From the NCBI GenBank assembly GCA_052168235.1, contig JBQLZK010000008.1, positions 32,001 to 96,000 of the forward strand: 64,000 bases of DNA, in the 5' to 3' direction. This DNA is from Thainema sp. GTDB lineage: Bacteria; Cyanobacteriota; Cyanobacteriia; Phormidesmidales; Phormidesmidaceae. A program made the position numbers and the translations under genes. The first letter of the stretch is position 1, and the number at the start of each line of letters is the position of its first letter. The notes beneath the pieces were generated by a model. It worked only from the letters and a program-made list of their open reading frames with translations, did not search any database and was not told the DNA's origin. Shown here piece by piece: positions 41,089 to 50,236 of this stretch.

Positions 41089-41347
41089 TGTTTTATGGTC
41101 AGTGTGCAGCTCATTTGACATCACTCTGCCTCCTGCGATCGCAGCTTCACGTTGCAGCTTTATTTCATTGTATGAATCTTGATCCGGCTCCGTATCAGCA
41201 CAGCCAGTTCTCACCCAAACCTGTTAAGCGGGACTAAGGATCTATTGTTAATCCCTCATTTTTTGGCGACACTAATAGATCCAGGGGTGCGATCGCAGGT
41301 TGATGCCTTCGATTGCCGATCCTGTGCCGTCATTCAATAGAAGCTCT

Positions 41348-42676
41348 ATGCCCCCAATCCCTACCTCTACTCAGTCAACCGTTGAACAACTGCTGGAACT
41401 GGCTCAGCCACGGGTTGATGCCGCCGAAGTGTACTACGTCGCCAGCCAGGACACGCCGATTAGCTTTGAGAATAATCGGCTGAAGTCGCTGGAAACGAAA
41501 GCGCTGCGGGGCGTAGCGCTGCGGGTGATTCACAATGGCCGCTTGGGCTTTGCCAGTTCAACGGATCTGACTCGGCTGAATGACTTGGTAGATGCGGCCA
41601 TCGATACGGCTAAGATTGGCAGTCCGGCAGAATTTGAGTTTGCCTCCAACTTCCACGACAACCAGCCCGCCAGCGACTACACGCCGCCCAGTTCCGAGGT
41701 GCTGGTGGAAACGGGACAGCGCCTGATTCAGCAGGTGCATGAGTATAACCCAGACATTCTGGTAGACGTGAGTTTTCACGTTCGTTCCGGTCAGGTGCAA
41801 ATGGCGACCACGCAAGATGTCTATGCCGAGCGCTCCAGCCAGTCGATCAGCGGCGTGATCGGCGGCAATCTGGTGCGGGGCGAAGACTTTCTGCAAATTT
41901 ACACCTACGGCGTAGAGTGCGATCGCACTCCGGATTTCGATCAATTGCTGAAGACGCTGCTGCAAAAGTACGAATGGGCCGACCGCAGCCAAGCCAAAAT
42001 CACCAGCGGCAGCTTTCCGGTGATCTTCACGCCTCGCGCAGCAGCTCAGGTTTTGGGCGGACTGTTCGACACCATTCTGTCCGGACAAACGGTGATTCAA
42101 AACGCTTCGCCCCTGTCCGACAAAGTGGGCGAGAAGGTGTTTGACGAACGCCTGACCCTGTTTGAAGATCCCAGCATTGGCCCTTCGGCCTGCACGTTTG
42201 ACGATGAGGGCACACCAACCAGCTACACCAAGTACATCGATCAGGGCACGGTGCAAGGGTTCTACTGGGATCGCCGCTGGGGCGCACGAGCCAATCGGGC
42301 ATCTACCGGGAACGGTTTCCGGGGCGGGTTATCGCGTCCTAGTCCATCAATGGCGAATCTCTGTTTGGCACCGGGACAAACCTCAATGGCTGACCTGATT
42401 GCGGGCATGAAAGAAGGGCTGATTGTCGATCAGGTACTTGGTGCTGGACAGTCGAACCAGCTAGCAGGCGAATTCTCAGTCAATCTCGACCTAGGCTACA
42501 AGGTGGAAAACGGCGAAATTGTCGGTCGCGTCAAGGACACGATGGTGGCGGGCAGCATTTTCGAGGCGTTCCAGCAGCTTGAAGACATGGGCAGTGAATC
42601 CGAATGGGTCGGCGGCAGCATGTACCTACCCTGCGTCGCGTTCAAACAGCTCGGCGTATCGGCACGGCAGGCATAG
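41348..42676 (+). CDS. TldD/PmbA family protein
   Basis: Motifs GVALRVIHNGRLGFASST, FDDEGTP, STGNGFR and GEFS..LDLGYKVENGEI. Confidence 0.92.
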   Translation: MPPIPTSTQSTVEQLLELAQPRVDAAEVYYVASQDTPISFENNRLKSLETKALRGVALRVIHNGRLGFASSTDLTRLNDLVDAAIDTAKIGSPAEFEFASNFHDNQPASDYTPPSSEVLVETGQRLIQQVHEYNPDILVDVSFHVRSGQVQMATTQDVYAERSSQSISGVIGGNLVRGEDFLQIYTYGVECDRTPDFDQLLKTLLQKYEWADRSQAKITSGSFPVIFTPRAAAQVLGGLFDTILSGQTVIQNASPLSDKVGEKVFDERLTLFEDPSIGPSACTFDDEGTPTSYTKYIDQGTVQGFYWDRRWGARANRASTGNGFRGGLSRPSPSMANLCLAPGQTSMADLIAGMKEGLIVDQVLGAGQSNQLAGEFSVNLDLGYKVENGEIVGRVKDTMVAGSIFEAFQQLEDMGSESEWVGGSMYLPCVAFKQLGVSARQA

Positions 42677-42683
42677 CGACATC

Positions 42684-43160
42684 GTGTCAACCCTCACCAT
42701 CCGAGATGCAGCGCCACCTGATGTGGCGCTGATTTTGAACTTTATTCAGAAAAAAGCCGATTTTGATCGAGCACTGGGTGGCTTTTCCGGTGAGCTACAG
42801 ACGACAGAAGAGAAGATGCAACGGGCGATATTTAGCGAAATTCCCTTTGCCTATGTGCTGCTGGCGGAGCTTGACGCAGGACCCGTTGGCTTTGCGCTGT
42901 ATGGCTTGCACTTTTCCTCGTTTGCTGGACAGCCGAACCTCTGGCTAGATGATTTGTACGTGGAACCAGCGGCGCGGAATCAGGGAGTTGGCTCGGCGCT
43001 GATGGCGCGTTTGGCTGAAATTGCCCGCGCTAATGACTGCACACACCTGGGCTGGAATGCGGATGCACGAAATGCTGAAGGGTTGAGGTTCTATCAGCGA
43101 TTGGGCGCAGAAATAATTACCTTGCCAGAAAATCGGCGGTTCTTGCGTTGGGAAGGATAG
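42684..43160 (+). CDS. GNAT acetyltransferase (SSAT-like)
   Basis: LWLDDLYV...RNQGVGSALM and N..G..FY.RLG; GTG start at 42684. Confidence 0.88.
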   Translation: MSTLTIRDAAPPDVALILNFIQKKADFDRALGGFSGELQTTEEKMQRAIFSEIPFAYVLLAELDAGPVGFALYGLHFSSFAGQPNLWLDDLYVEPAARNQGVGSALMARLAEIARANDCTHLGWNADARNAEGLRFYQRLGAEIITLPENRRFLRWEG

Positions 43161-43239
43161 GAAAAGCTGCGATCGCATCCCCCCTCAACCCAAACCATCA
43201 ACACAAAACCAACTACCTTCAACCCACCTTCGACGAGGT

Positions 43240-43297
43240 CCAGGACGGTCGTTCGTCCTGGTCGAGGGGGACTGGGGGCAATCGAAATGCCCCCAGT
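43240..43297. repeat. Double hairpin repeat
   Basis: CCAGGACG/CGTCCTGG and ACTGGGGGCA/TGCCCCCAGT stems. Confidence 0.6.
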
Positions 43298-43341
43298 AGC
43301 CAGGTTCTACAACCCCTCAACCCTTGCTAAGCAGTAACCCC

Positions 43342-43575
43342 CTACCCCATCGTCCGCTTACGACTCATCACGCTGATGTACTCCCCACTGCGACCCGTGG
43401 GCAGCGGCTTACTCCAGGCAACGCGATCGCAATAGCCCAGCGTATCCAGACGGTGAATCGCATCGGCCAGGGCAGAGTAGTCGCCCAGCAGAATGTGGCG
43501 AACGGTTTCTTGATTGAAGGTTGGCAAGCTGAAGGCGGGAGAGACAGTGGCCTCTCCGGTGGGTGATTGAAACAT
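43342..43575 (-). CDS. Small cyanobacterial hypothetical protein
   Basis: 77 aa; VRHILLG...IHRL..LGY....WSKPLPTG..GEY; GGAGA RBS before ATG 43575. Confidence 0.7.
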   Translation of the reverse strand: MFQSPTGEATVSPAFSLPTFNQETVRHILLGDYSALADAIHRLDTLGYCDRVAWSKPLPTGRSGEYISVMSRKRTMG

Positions 43576-43917
43576 ACGGGTGTCTCCGTTTTCGACTAAA
43601 GGAAAACGGGGAACTATCCAGATCCCTATTTGATGCGGTAAAGGCAAGATAGCAGGACTAAAATGATCCCAGTCATCTCGACTTACCTAGGTTAAGTTGG
43701 GATGATCAGGAGATTTGGGAGGTGGCACCCTCTCAGATCTCCGCCTAGAATCATTCCCCGCAAGACTAAAAGTATCAAGAAGCAGCTAGGCAGTTCAACC
43801 GTATTTATCTGTTTGTAAGGATTAGGTTTGGAACTGCTGACGTGAAGTGCGATCGCACATTTCTCTGAACGCATAAACCCCAAAACTGCGATCGCACTGG
43901 ATTATTGCGAACATCCC

Positions 43918-43945
43918 GTAGGGGCGAATGGCCATTCGCCCCTAC
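43918..43945. repeat. GTAG REP, perfect 28-bp palindrome upstream of the RAYT gene
   Basis: GTAGGGGCGAATGGCCATTCGCCCCTAC. Confidence 0.9.
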
Positions 43946-44009
43946 AGCAAGGTGTATATAATTACCAACATGGGCACCCTAAAACATCGGTGTATTAAAC
44001 CCATCGCAC

Positions 44010-44606
44010 ATGAAATACAATCCTGATAAACATCATCGTCGTTCCATTCGCCTCAAAGGATACGATTATTCATCACCGGGCGCGTATTTCATCACCATTT
44101 GCACCCATCAACGCGAATGTTTATTCGGCAATATTGTTGACGGCGAAATGCAATTGAATCCGTTCGGTGAAATTGTTGCCGAAGAATGGTTGCGATCGCA
44201 GAATATCCGTCAAGAAATCAATTTGGATGCCTGGGTGGTCATGCCCAATCATATTCACGGCATCGTATTTATTCAGGGCAAAACATCACAACAGGTATCG
44301 GATAATTCATCCCAGGTGTCTGATCAGCCGCGAAATCCCGTAGGGGCGAATGGCCATTCGCCCCTACAACGTATGGCATCTCGTTCGTTATCGTCATTCA
44401 TAACGGGATTTAAATCCACGGCAACCAAACGCATCAACATACTGCGAGATATGCCCAGAACACCCGTTTGGCAACGCAATTATTACGAACACATTATTCG
44501 CAGCGAAGAATCCCTGGAGCATATTCGACGCTACATTCAGACAAATTCTGCTAACTGGAATAACGATCAGCTTCATCCAGAAAATTGGGCTGAGACACAA
44601 TCATGA
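44010..44606 (+). CDS. REP-associated tyrosine transposase (RAYT, HUH/Y1 family)
   Basis: RRSIRLKGYDY, YFITICT, MPNHIHG (HUH), WQRNYYEHIIR and YIQTN; REP immediately upstream. Confidence 0.9.
   Translation: MKYNPDKHHRRSIRLKGYDYSSPGAYFITICTHQRECLFGNIVDGEMQLNPFGEIVAEEWLRSQNIRQEINLDAWVVMPNHIHGIVFIQGKTSQQVSDNSSQVSDQPRNPVGANGHSPLQRMASRSLSSFITGFKSTATKRINILRDMPRTPVWQRNYYEHIIRSEESLEHIRRYIQTNSANWNNDQLHPENWAETQS
44340..44367. repeat. Identical REP copy inside the RAYT coding sequence
   Basis: Same 28-bp palindrome, translated in frame as VGANGHSPL(Q). Confidence 0.9.
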
Positions 44607-44618
44607 TTCAAAAAACCA

Positions 44619-45110
44619 ATGACAGCATCGATCACTACCTATTACCTTGAAATGCTTTCACCCGAAGCGCTCCAGGCCAAACCAGTCGTGCCAGAGCTGA
44701 GCATCGTTGAATGTCAAATCAAGCAGTTTCAGTTCAATCGATTTCTCTATCAGTTCATCGGTGAAGCGTGGCAGTGGACAGACAAGCTCAGTTGGACAGA
44801 TGAGCAGTGGCGGCAGCTCGTGGAAGCCGATAATCATCAGACGTGGGTGGCCTATTGCCAAGGTGAGATCGCAGGTTACTACGAACTTCATCGCCCCGAT
44901 GGTCAGAATGCCGAAATCCTCTACTTTGGCCTCGCACCGCAGTTCATCGGTCAAGGATTGGGCGGTTATCTGCTGACCCACGCGATTCAGTCGGCCTGGG
45001 ACTGGGCAGGCACCAAGCGGGTTTGGGTGCATACCTGTAGCAACGACCATCCCAGCGCCCTACGGAACTATCAGGCGCGCGGGATGCAAATTTATCGGGT
45101 CGAGAATTAG
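44619..45110 (+). CDS. GNAT acetyltransferase
   Basis: YFGLAPQFIGQGLGG and VWVHTCSNDHPSAL.NY..RG. Confidence 0.9.
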   Translation: MTASITTYYLEMLSPEALQAKPVVPELSIVECQIKQFQFNRFLYQFIGEAWQWTDKLSWTDEQWRQLVEADNHQTWVAYCQGEIAGYYELHRPDGQNAEILYFGLAPQFIGQGLGGYLLTHAIQSAWDWAGTKRVWVHTCSNDHPSALRNYQARGMQIYRVEN

Positions 45111-45123
45111 CTTTATTTCTGTT

Positions 45124-45164
45124 GTGTTGTTGGCAGAGATGCATTGCATCTCTCCCAACAACAC
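45124..45164. repeat. 19-bp-arm palindrome
   Basis: GTGTTGTTGGCAGAGATGC-ATT-GCATCTCTCCCAACAACAC (one mismatch). Confidence 0.8.
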
Positions 45165-45256
45165 CTTTAGAACAGTGTCCGAGAATTGAAACCAGTGACT
45201 ATTATGGATCTACGGCAGCGGAGCAGTTCGTTAGGCAGCTTTAGAGTATCGCAGGA

Positions 45257-45359
45257 CGTGTAGCCCTCATTCCCCAGCCCCTTCTCCCACAGGAGAAGAG
45301 GAGCCAAATATTCAAAGTCCCTCTCCTGCGGGAGAGGGATTTAGGGTGAGGGCCACACG
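45257..45359. mobile_element. Small dispersed double-hairpin repeat, intact copy
   Basis: GCCCTCATTCCCCAGCCCCTTCTCC...AAAGTCCCTCTCC..GGAGAGGGATTTAGGGTGAGGGC with a terminal IR. Confidence 0.8.
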
Positions 45360-45446
45360 GCCAAGAGTACTCATATAGCGCTAACGACTGCGATATTCGT
45401 GTTTGTAACCCCTGCCGATTGGCGTTCGTAAGAGACCTGAACCAGC

Positions 45447-48400
45447 ATGGCGATTTTACACGGTGGGTGGCTGCCTCAATCTCAACAGTTATTTATTTGG
45501 GGCGAAACCTGGCGATCCGCTGAACCCGCCCCCATTGACGACATCAGCACCGTGCCCGATCACCTGTTTGCCACGACGCCGGACGAGTTAATTGCCTTTC
45601 TTCAGGCCGAGCAGGAGCCAGCCGGTGATGATGTGCCTGCCTCGTTTCGTCTGCCCCTCAATGACGTGCAGCTTGGCCTAGCGGCGTCCGGCAAAACGTC
45701 AGCCACCAAAACGAAAACTCGCAAATCTGCCGCCCTTAATACCGATGCCAAACAGACCCGCTGGCGATCGCAACTGCTGAGCTTACCGACTCAAATCTTA
45801 GACAGTACGCTGATGCCATGCTTGTCGGGACAGGTGCAAAGCGAGGCCGAGGTGGATCAGAAAACTGCGATCGCACTTTATCCTTGGCGAGTGCAGGGTC
45901 TCTGGCTGGCACCAACGGAAGCGGTGCAGTTTTTGAACAGTTTGCCCTTGGGGTTAATCACCGAAGAAGATTCGACGATTGGGGCAGATCTGCGCTTTTG
46001 GTCGCATCTGCTGCGCTGGGCGCTGGATCTGATGGCCCGGTCGAAATATCTACCTGCGATCGCAGTTGAAGCCAAGCAGAAAGCGATACCGGAAGCTCAC
46101 TGGCAGGTGCTGCTGGATAGTGCCTTGGATCAGGCTCGGCTGGAGCAGTTTTCTCGCCAGATGCCGAGCGTGTGCCGCCTGTACGATGGGCAGCAGGAGT
46201 GGAACGGTAACGAGAAGAATGGCGCAAGTGCAGATGCGATCGCGCAAACGCCAATGCCCGCCAATCCGCGCCAGCTAATTCTCAGTTTCCTCAGCGCCGT
46301 GGTGGACGTGCAGGTGCGGGCGATTGCCCAGTCGCAGACGGTTCCGGCCACACAGCTCTCCCGTGAACTGCCCGTACGGGAGTGGATTCAGGCGCTCGGA
46401 ACGTCACCCGTGGTGGAGGCCGATGTGGAGCAGGTGGAGCGCTTACAGGGCGCGTTATCAACCTGGACAGCGCCGCTACAAAACCGTTTACGAGATGGAA
46501 TCGCCAATTTTCGCACCTGTTTCCGGCTGAAATCGCCGCCCCAGGGCAAGCTGGACTGGACGCTGGAATACGGCCTGCAAGCGGCAGACGACGAGTCAAT
46601 CTTTGTCGATGCGGACACCATCTGGCAGAATCCCGTCGCTAATCTGAGCTACGAGAACCGCACCGTCTACAATCCCCAGGAAACGCTGTTGGGTGGCTTG
46701 GGACTCGCCGCTCGCCTCTATCCAGTCCTGGAGCCGACGCTGGAAGAGCAGCAGCCCCAGTCCTGCACGCTCGATCCGGTGCAGGCGTATGACTTCCTCA
46801 AATCCCTTGCCTGGCGACTGCGGGATAGCGGTTTCGGTGTGTTGCTGCCGCCCAGTTTGCAGGAAAAAGGTGGCTGGGCCAGTCGCTTAGGCTTGAACAT
46901 CACCGCTAAAGCCTCGCGATCGCGCAAGCAGCAGCGCATGGGCTTGCAGAGTCTGCTCAACTACGAGTGGCAGCTCTCCATCGGCGGCCAAACCATTTCC
47001 AAGGAAGAGTTTGATCGGCTGGTGGCGCTGAATACGCCGCTGGTGGAAATCAATGGCGAGTGGGTTGAACTGCGACCTCAAGACATCAAAGCCGCCCAAA
47101 ACTTTTTTGAAACTCGCAAAAACAAGCTGTCCCTTTCAGTTGAGGATGCTTTGCGGATCAGCACGGGCGACTCACCAATGCTGGAAAAGCTGCCGGTCGT
47201 TAACTTTGAGGCATCCGGCTCGCTAAATAAGTTGATCACGACGCTGACCACGGGCAATCAAACGCTGGAAGAAATCAGCGAACCTGCCGGATTCCACGGT
47301 GAACTGCGACCGTATCAAGCCAAGGGCGTATCCTGGTTGGCCTTTCTGGAACAGTGGGGACTCGGCGCTTGTCTGGCGGACGACATGGGCTTGGGCAAAA
47401 CGATCCAGCTAATCGCTTTCCTGCTCCATCTACGCGAACAGGATGCGCTGGAAGCGCCAATTTTGCTAGTCTGCCCCACCTCTGTCCTGGGCAACTGGGA
47501 ACGGGAAGTGAAGCGATTTGCGCCGGATTTGAAAACCCTGGTACATCACGGTAGCGATCGCGCCAAGAGTCCCGGCTTCAAAAAGGCCGCCACGGGCGTC
47601 AATTTGGTGATCACCAGCTATGCGCTTGTATTCCGCGATGCCAAAGTGCTGAAGTCCGTCTCCTGGCAGGGCATTGTCCTGGACGAAGCGCAGAACATCA
47701 AAAATCCTGATGCCAAACAGTCCCGCGCCGTGCGCGATCTGGAAGCCCAGTTCAAGATTGCCCTTACGGGTACACCCGTCGAGAACCGTCTGTCGGAACT
47801 CTGGTCAATCATGGATTTCCTCAATCCTGGCTACCTGGGGCCACGTAACTTTTTCCAAAAGCGGTTTGCTGTACCGATTGAGCGCTATGGCGATGGCGAT
47901 TCGCTGCAAACATTGCGATCGCTCGTTCAACCTTTTATCCTACGCCGCCTCAAAACCGATAAGGATATCATTCAAGATCTGCCCGAAAAGCAGGAAATGA
48001 CGGTGTTCTGCGGCTTATCGGCTGAACAAGCGACACTCTATCAAAAGCTGGTGGATGAATCCCTGGCTCAAATTGACGATGCCGACGGTGTCCAGCGACG
48101 CGGCATGATTCTGGCCCTGCTGACTAAGCTGAAGCAGGTCTGCAACCATCCGGCTCAGTTCCTCGACGAAAACAAGCTGGGTAACTCGCCGCAGCGCTCC
48201 GGTAAGCTGCTGCGCCTAGTGGAAATGCTGGAGGAAGTCGTCTCCGAAGGCGACCGTGCCCTGATCTTTACCCAATTCGCGGAGTGGGGCAAACTGCTGC
48301 AAGCTTATCTAGAGCAGCACATGGGGCAGGAAACGCTCTTCCTCTACGGCAGCACGACCAAGAATAAGCGGGAAGAAATGGTCAACCGCTTCCAGCATGA

Positions 48401-48752
48401 CCCGCGTGCGCCCAAAGTGTTTATTCTGTCGCTGAAAGCGGGCGGTGTGGGATTGAACTTGACTCGCGCCAATCACGTTTTCCACTTTGACCGCTGGTGG
48501 AATCCGGCAGTCGAGAATCAGGCCACCGACCGAGTATTCCGCATCGGCCAAACCCGCAATGTCCAGGTGCATAAGTTTGTTTGCACGGGCACGCTGGAGG
48601 AGCGGATTCACGAGCTAATCGAAAGCAAGAAAGCGCTGTCTGAACAGGTCGTCGGCACAGGCGAGCAGTGGCTCACGGAACTGGATGCGAATCAGCTACG
48701 GGATCTGCTGTTACTAGATCGCGATGCAATTATTGACGAAGACAGCGATTAA
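45447..48752 (+). CDS. SNF2-family helicase/ATPase
   Basis: Motifs LRPYQ, LADDMGLGKT, LDEAQNIKN, LTGTPVEN, LKQVCNHP and QATDRVFRIGQ. Confidence 0.96.
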   Translation: MAILHGGWLPQSQQLFIWGETWRSAEPAPIDDISTVPDHLFATTPDELIAFLQAEQEPAGDDVPASFRLPLNDVQLGLAASGKTSATKTKTRKSAALNTDAKQTRWRSQLLSLPTQILDSTLMPCLSGQVQSEAEVDQKTAIALYPWRVQGLWLAPTEAVQFLNSLPLGLITEEDSTIGADLRFWSHLLRWALDLMARSKYLPAIAVEAKQKAIPEAHWQVLLDSALDQARLEQFSRQMPSVCRLYDGQQEWNGNEKNGASADAIAQTPMPANPRQLILSFLSAVVDVQVRAIAQSQTVPATQLSRELPVREWIQALGTSPVVEADVEQVERLQGALSTWTAPLQNRLRDGIANFRTCFRLKSPPQGKLDWTLEYGLQAADDESIFVDADTIWQNPVANLSYENRTVYNPQETLLGGLGLAARLYPVLEPTLEEQQPQSCTLDPVQAYDFLKSLAWRLRDSGFGVLLPPSLQEKGGWASRLGLNITAKASRSRKQQRMGLQSLLNYEWQLSIGGQTISKEEFDRLVALNTPLVEINGEWVELRPQDIKAAQNFFETRKNKLSLSVEDALRISTGDSPMLEKLPVVNFEASGSLNKLITTLTTGNQTLEEISEPAGFHGELRPYQAKGVSWLAFLEQWGLGACLADDMGLGKTIQLIAFLLHLREQDALEAPILLVCPTSVLGNWEREVKRFAPDLKTLVHHGSDRAKSPGFKKAATGVNLVITSYALVFRDAKVLKSVSWQGIVLDEAQNIKNPDAKQSRAVRDLEAQFKIALTGTPVENRLSELWSIMDFLNPGYLGPRNFFQKRFAVPIERYGDGDSLQTLRSLVQPFILRRLKTDKDIIQDLPEKQEMTVFCGLSAEQATLYQKLVDESLAQIDDADGVQRRGMILALLTKLKQVCNHPAQFLDENKLGNSPQRSGKLLRLVEMLEEVVSEGDRALIFTQFAEWGKLLQAYLEQHMGQETLFLYGSTTKNKREEMVNRFQHDPRAPKVFILSLKAGGVGLNLTRANHVFHFDRWWNPAVENQATDRVFRIGQTRNVQVHKFVCTGTLEERIHELIESKKALSEQVVGTGEQWLTELDANQLRDLLLLDRDAIIDEDSD

Positions 48753-48930
48753 TCGTACAAACCGCCAAAATAAAAAGCACCGCACTGTGCGATGCGGCGC
48801 TTCAAATGCTGAGAGCATGATTAACGTTGTTGATTGGTATGCTCACATCATCACCGAGATCAACGGGCAGCACCACCGACGTTTACGGAGATAAGCAGAA
48901 GTTAAGAGTTTAGGAAGAGGTTTAATCAAC

Positions 48931-49290
48931 ATGAGCATTGAATCAGAACAATATGTCGTAGATGCTAACGGTGCTAAAACGGCTGTAATTTTACCGATTG
49001 CCCAGTATGAGCAGCTTCTAGAAGATCTGCATGATTTAGCTGTCGTGGCTGAGCGCCGCTCAGAACAGCCGATCGGTATGGCAGAAATGAGAAGCAGGCT
49101 AAAGCATAATGGAACCGTATGGTCAGGAAGTATCTGTCAATCCAGCGAGAGTTTGACGAAGGTGTTACAACTTGGACAGTGCGATCGCAAATCTTATAAC
49201 AACCGCAGATCTAGTAATAATCGCCAATCTTTGCCAGCAATGTATCCTGCGGAAAGGTGCGATGGTGCTAGCTGTTGTTATTCACGTTAA
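48931..49290 (+). CDS. Type II antitoxin-like protein with read-through C-terminus; toxin missing
   Basis: QYVVDANG.KTAVILPI..YEQLLEDL.DL...ERR; the native part appears to end near 49120. Confidence 0.6.
   Translation: MSIESEQYVVDANGAKTAVILPIAQYEQLLEDLHDLAVVAERRSEQPIGMAEMRSRLKHNGTVWSGSICQSSESLTKVLQLGQCDRKSYNNRRSSNNRQSLPAMYPAERCDGASCCYSR
49181..49263 (+). repeat. HIP1-initiated direct repeat, copy 1
   Basis: GCGATCGCA.ATCTTATAACAA...AATCTTTGCCAGCAATGTATCCTGCG. Confidence 0.85.
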
Positions 49291-49819
49291 ACATATCACT
49301 ATGCTTAAAGCGCTCATCTAAGTGAATTTTGTCCAAAATGGCTTTTGAAAGATCGATATCTTCTACATTGCTCGGGCCAAATCTCAACTCGGTCAAATTA
49401 GCTTCACTCAGATTTACTCTTTTCAATTTTCCTCCTGCTATTCCTGACCTCGTTAGGTTTGCCTTGCTTAAATTTACGTCTATTAATTCTGATTCAAGCA
49501 AAAGCATTTCTGTGAGATTAGCTTCTTCCATATTAGATTGAACAATAAATATTTCCGTCAAACTTGCTTTGCTTAAATTTATATTTTTCAAGTCAGACAT
49601 ATAAAAGCTGACTTGATCTAAAGACGCAGATTGGAGATTTGCATGAGTAAGGTCTATTTCACTAAAATCAACTTGCCGAATCACTGCTCCGCTTAAGTTT
49701 GACCTACTGAGATTAATTCCACGTATCATAAGATGATTAAGCTTGAGGTTAGCTAAATCAATATTAGAAAAATCGATTATGCCTGAGTTATATCTTTCTT
49801 CAAACTCATTAGCGTCCAT
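49268..49819 (-). CDS. Pentapeptide repeat protein, AT-rich
   Basis: MDANEF..RY..G..DF N-terminus followed by xNLxx repeats. Confidence 0.88.
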   Translation of the reverse strand: MDANEFEERYNSGIIDFSNIDLANLKLNHLMIRGINLSRSNLSGAVIRQVDFSEIDLTHANLQSASLDQVSFYMSDLKNINLSKASLTEIFIVQSNMEEANLTEMLLLESELIDVNLSKANLTRSGIAGGKLKRVNLSEANLTELRFGPSNVEDIDLSKAILDKIHLDERFKHSDMFNVNNNS

Positions 49820-49849
49820 AAGCAAACCTTCAAACTAAGTCTGTATAGC

Positions 49850-49918
49850 GCGATCGCAGATCTTATAACAATCGCAAATCTTTGCCAGCAATGTATCCTG
49901 CGTGAAAAGCGCGATCGC
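49850..49918 (+). repeat. HIP1-bounded direct repeat, copy 2
   Basis: Same sequence as 49181 with one fewer ~18-bp subunit; HIP1 at both ends. Confidence 0.85.
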
Positions 49919-49984
49919 ACTTAAGGCTTTTAACGCAAGTGCTACACTCTGGATATCCTCAGTGTTTGCAGGGAGAGAGATACC

Positions 49985-50236
49985 GTGAGCTACTCTAATC
50001 AGCTTGATACCGAATCTCTCAAGGCTTTACTGAAAGAGAGCATTCGGGAAGTCCTGCCAGAAGTGCTGGGCGAAATTCTCAAAGCAGAGCGCTTAAAGCT
50101 CTGCAAGTTGCTGATTCCAGTCGTTAGCGATGTAGAGCAGCAAGAGATCGATCAAGAAGTCGGTTTACCTGCTGACTTTGACGAAGCCGAATTTGTTGAC
50201 CTAACCGACTGGACTGAAAATGCAGGTCAGCTATAG
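49985..50236 (+). CDS. Putative antitoxin; the downstream RelE-like toxin is truncated
   Basis: LKALLKESIREVL...LIP.VSD.EQ.EI; overlapping ATG 50220 gives MQVSYRKSFE and then an early stop. Confidence 0.6.
   Translation: MSYSNQLDTESLKALLKESIREVLPEVLGEILKAERLKLCKLLIPVVSDVEQQEIDQEVGLPADFDEAEFVDLTDWTENAGQL

Noticed and set aside
41558..42256. 232-aa antisense ORF, and similar ones inside ppc, the RND genes, SNF2 and ruvB
   Set aside because: Shadow frames of well-supported genes with no recognisable motifs.
42519..42683. Long N-terminus of the GNAT ORF
   Set aside because: It overlaps the TldD/PmbA gene; GTG 42684 is the plausible start.
45447..48752. SNF2 helicase as part of a defence system
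   Set aside because: It looks like the common cyanobacterial SNF2; no methylase, nuclease or SWIM partner is adjacent.
49181..49918. Possible CRISPR array or integron attC sites
   Set aside because: Only two repeats separated by a whole gene; no spacers, cas genes, integrase or attC R-box structure.
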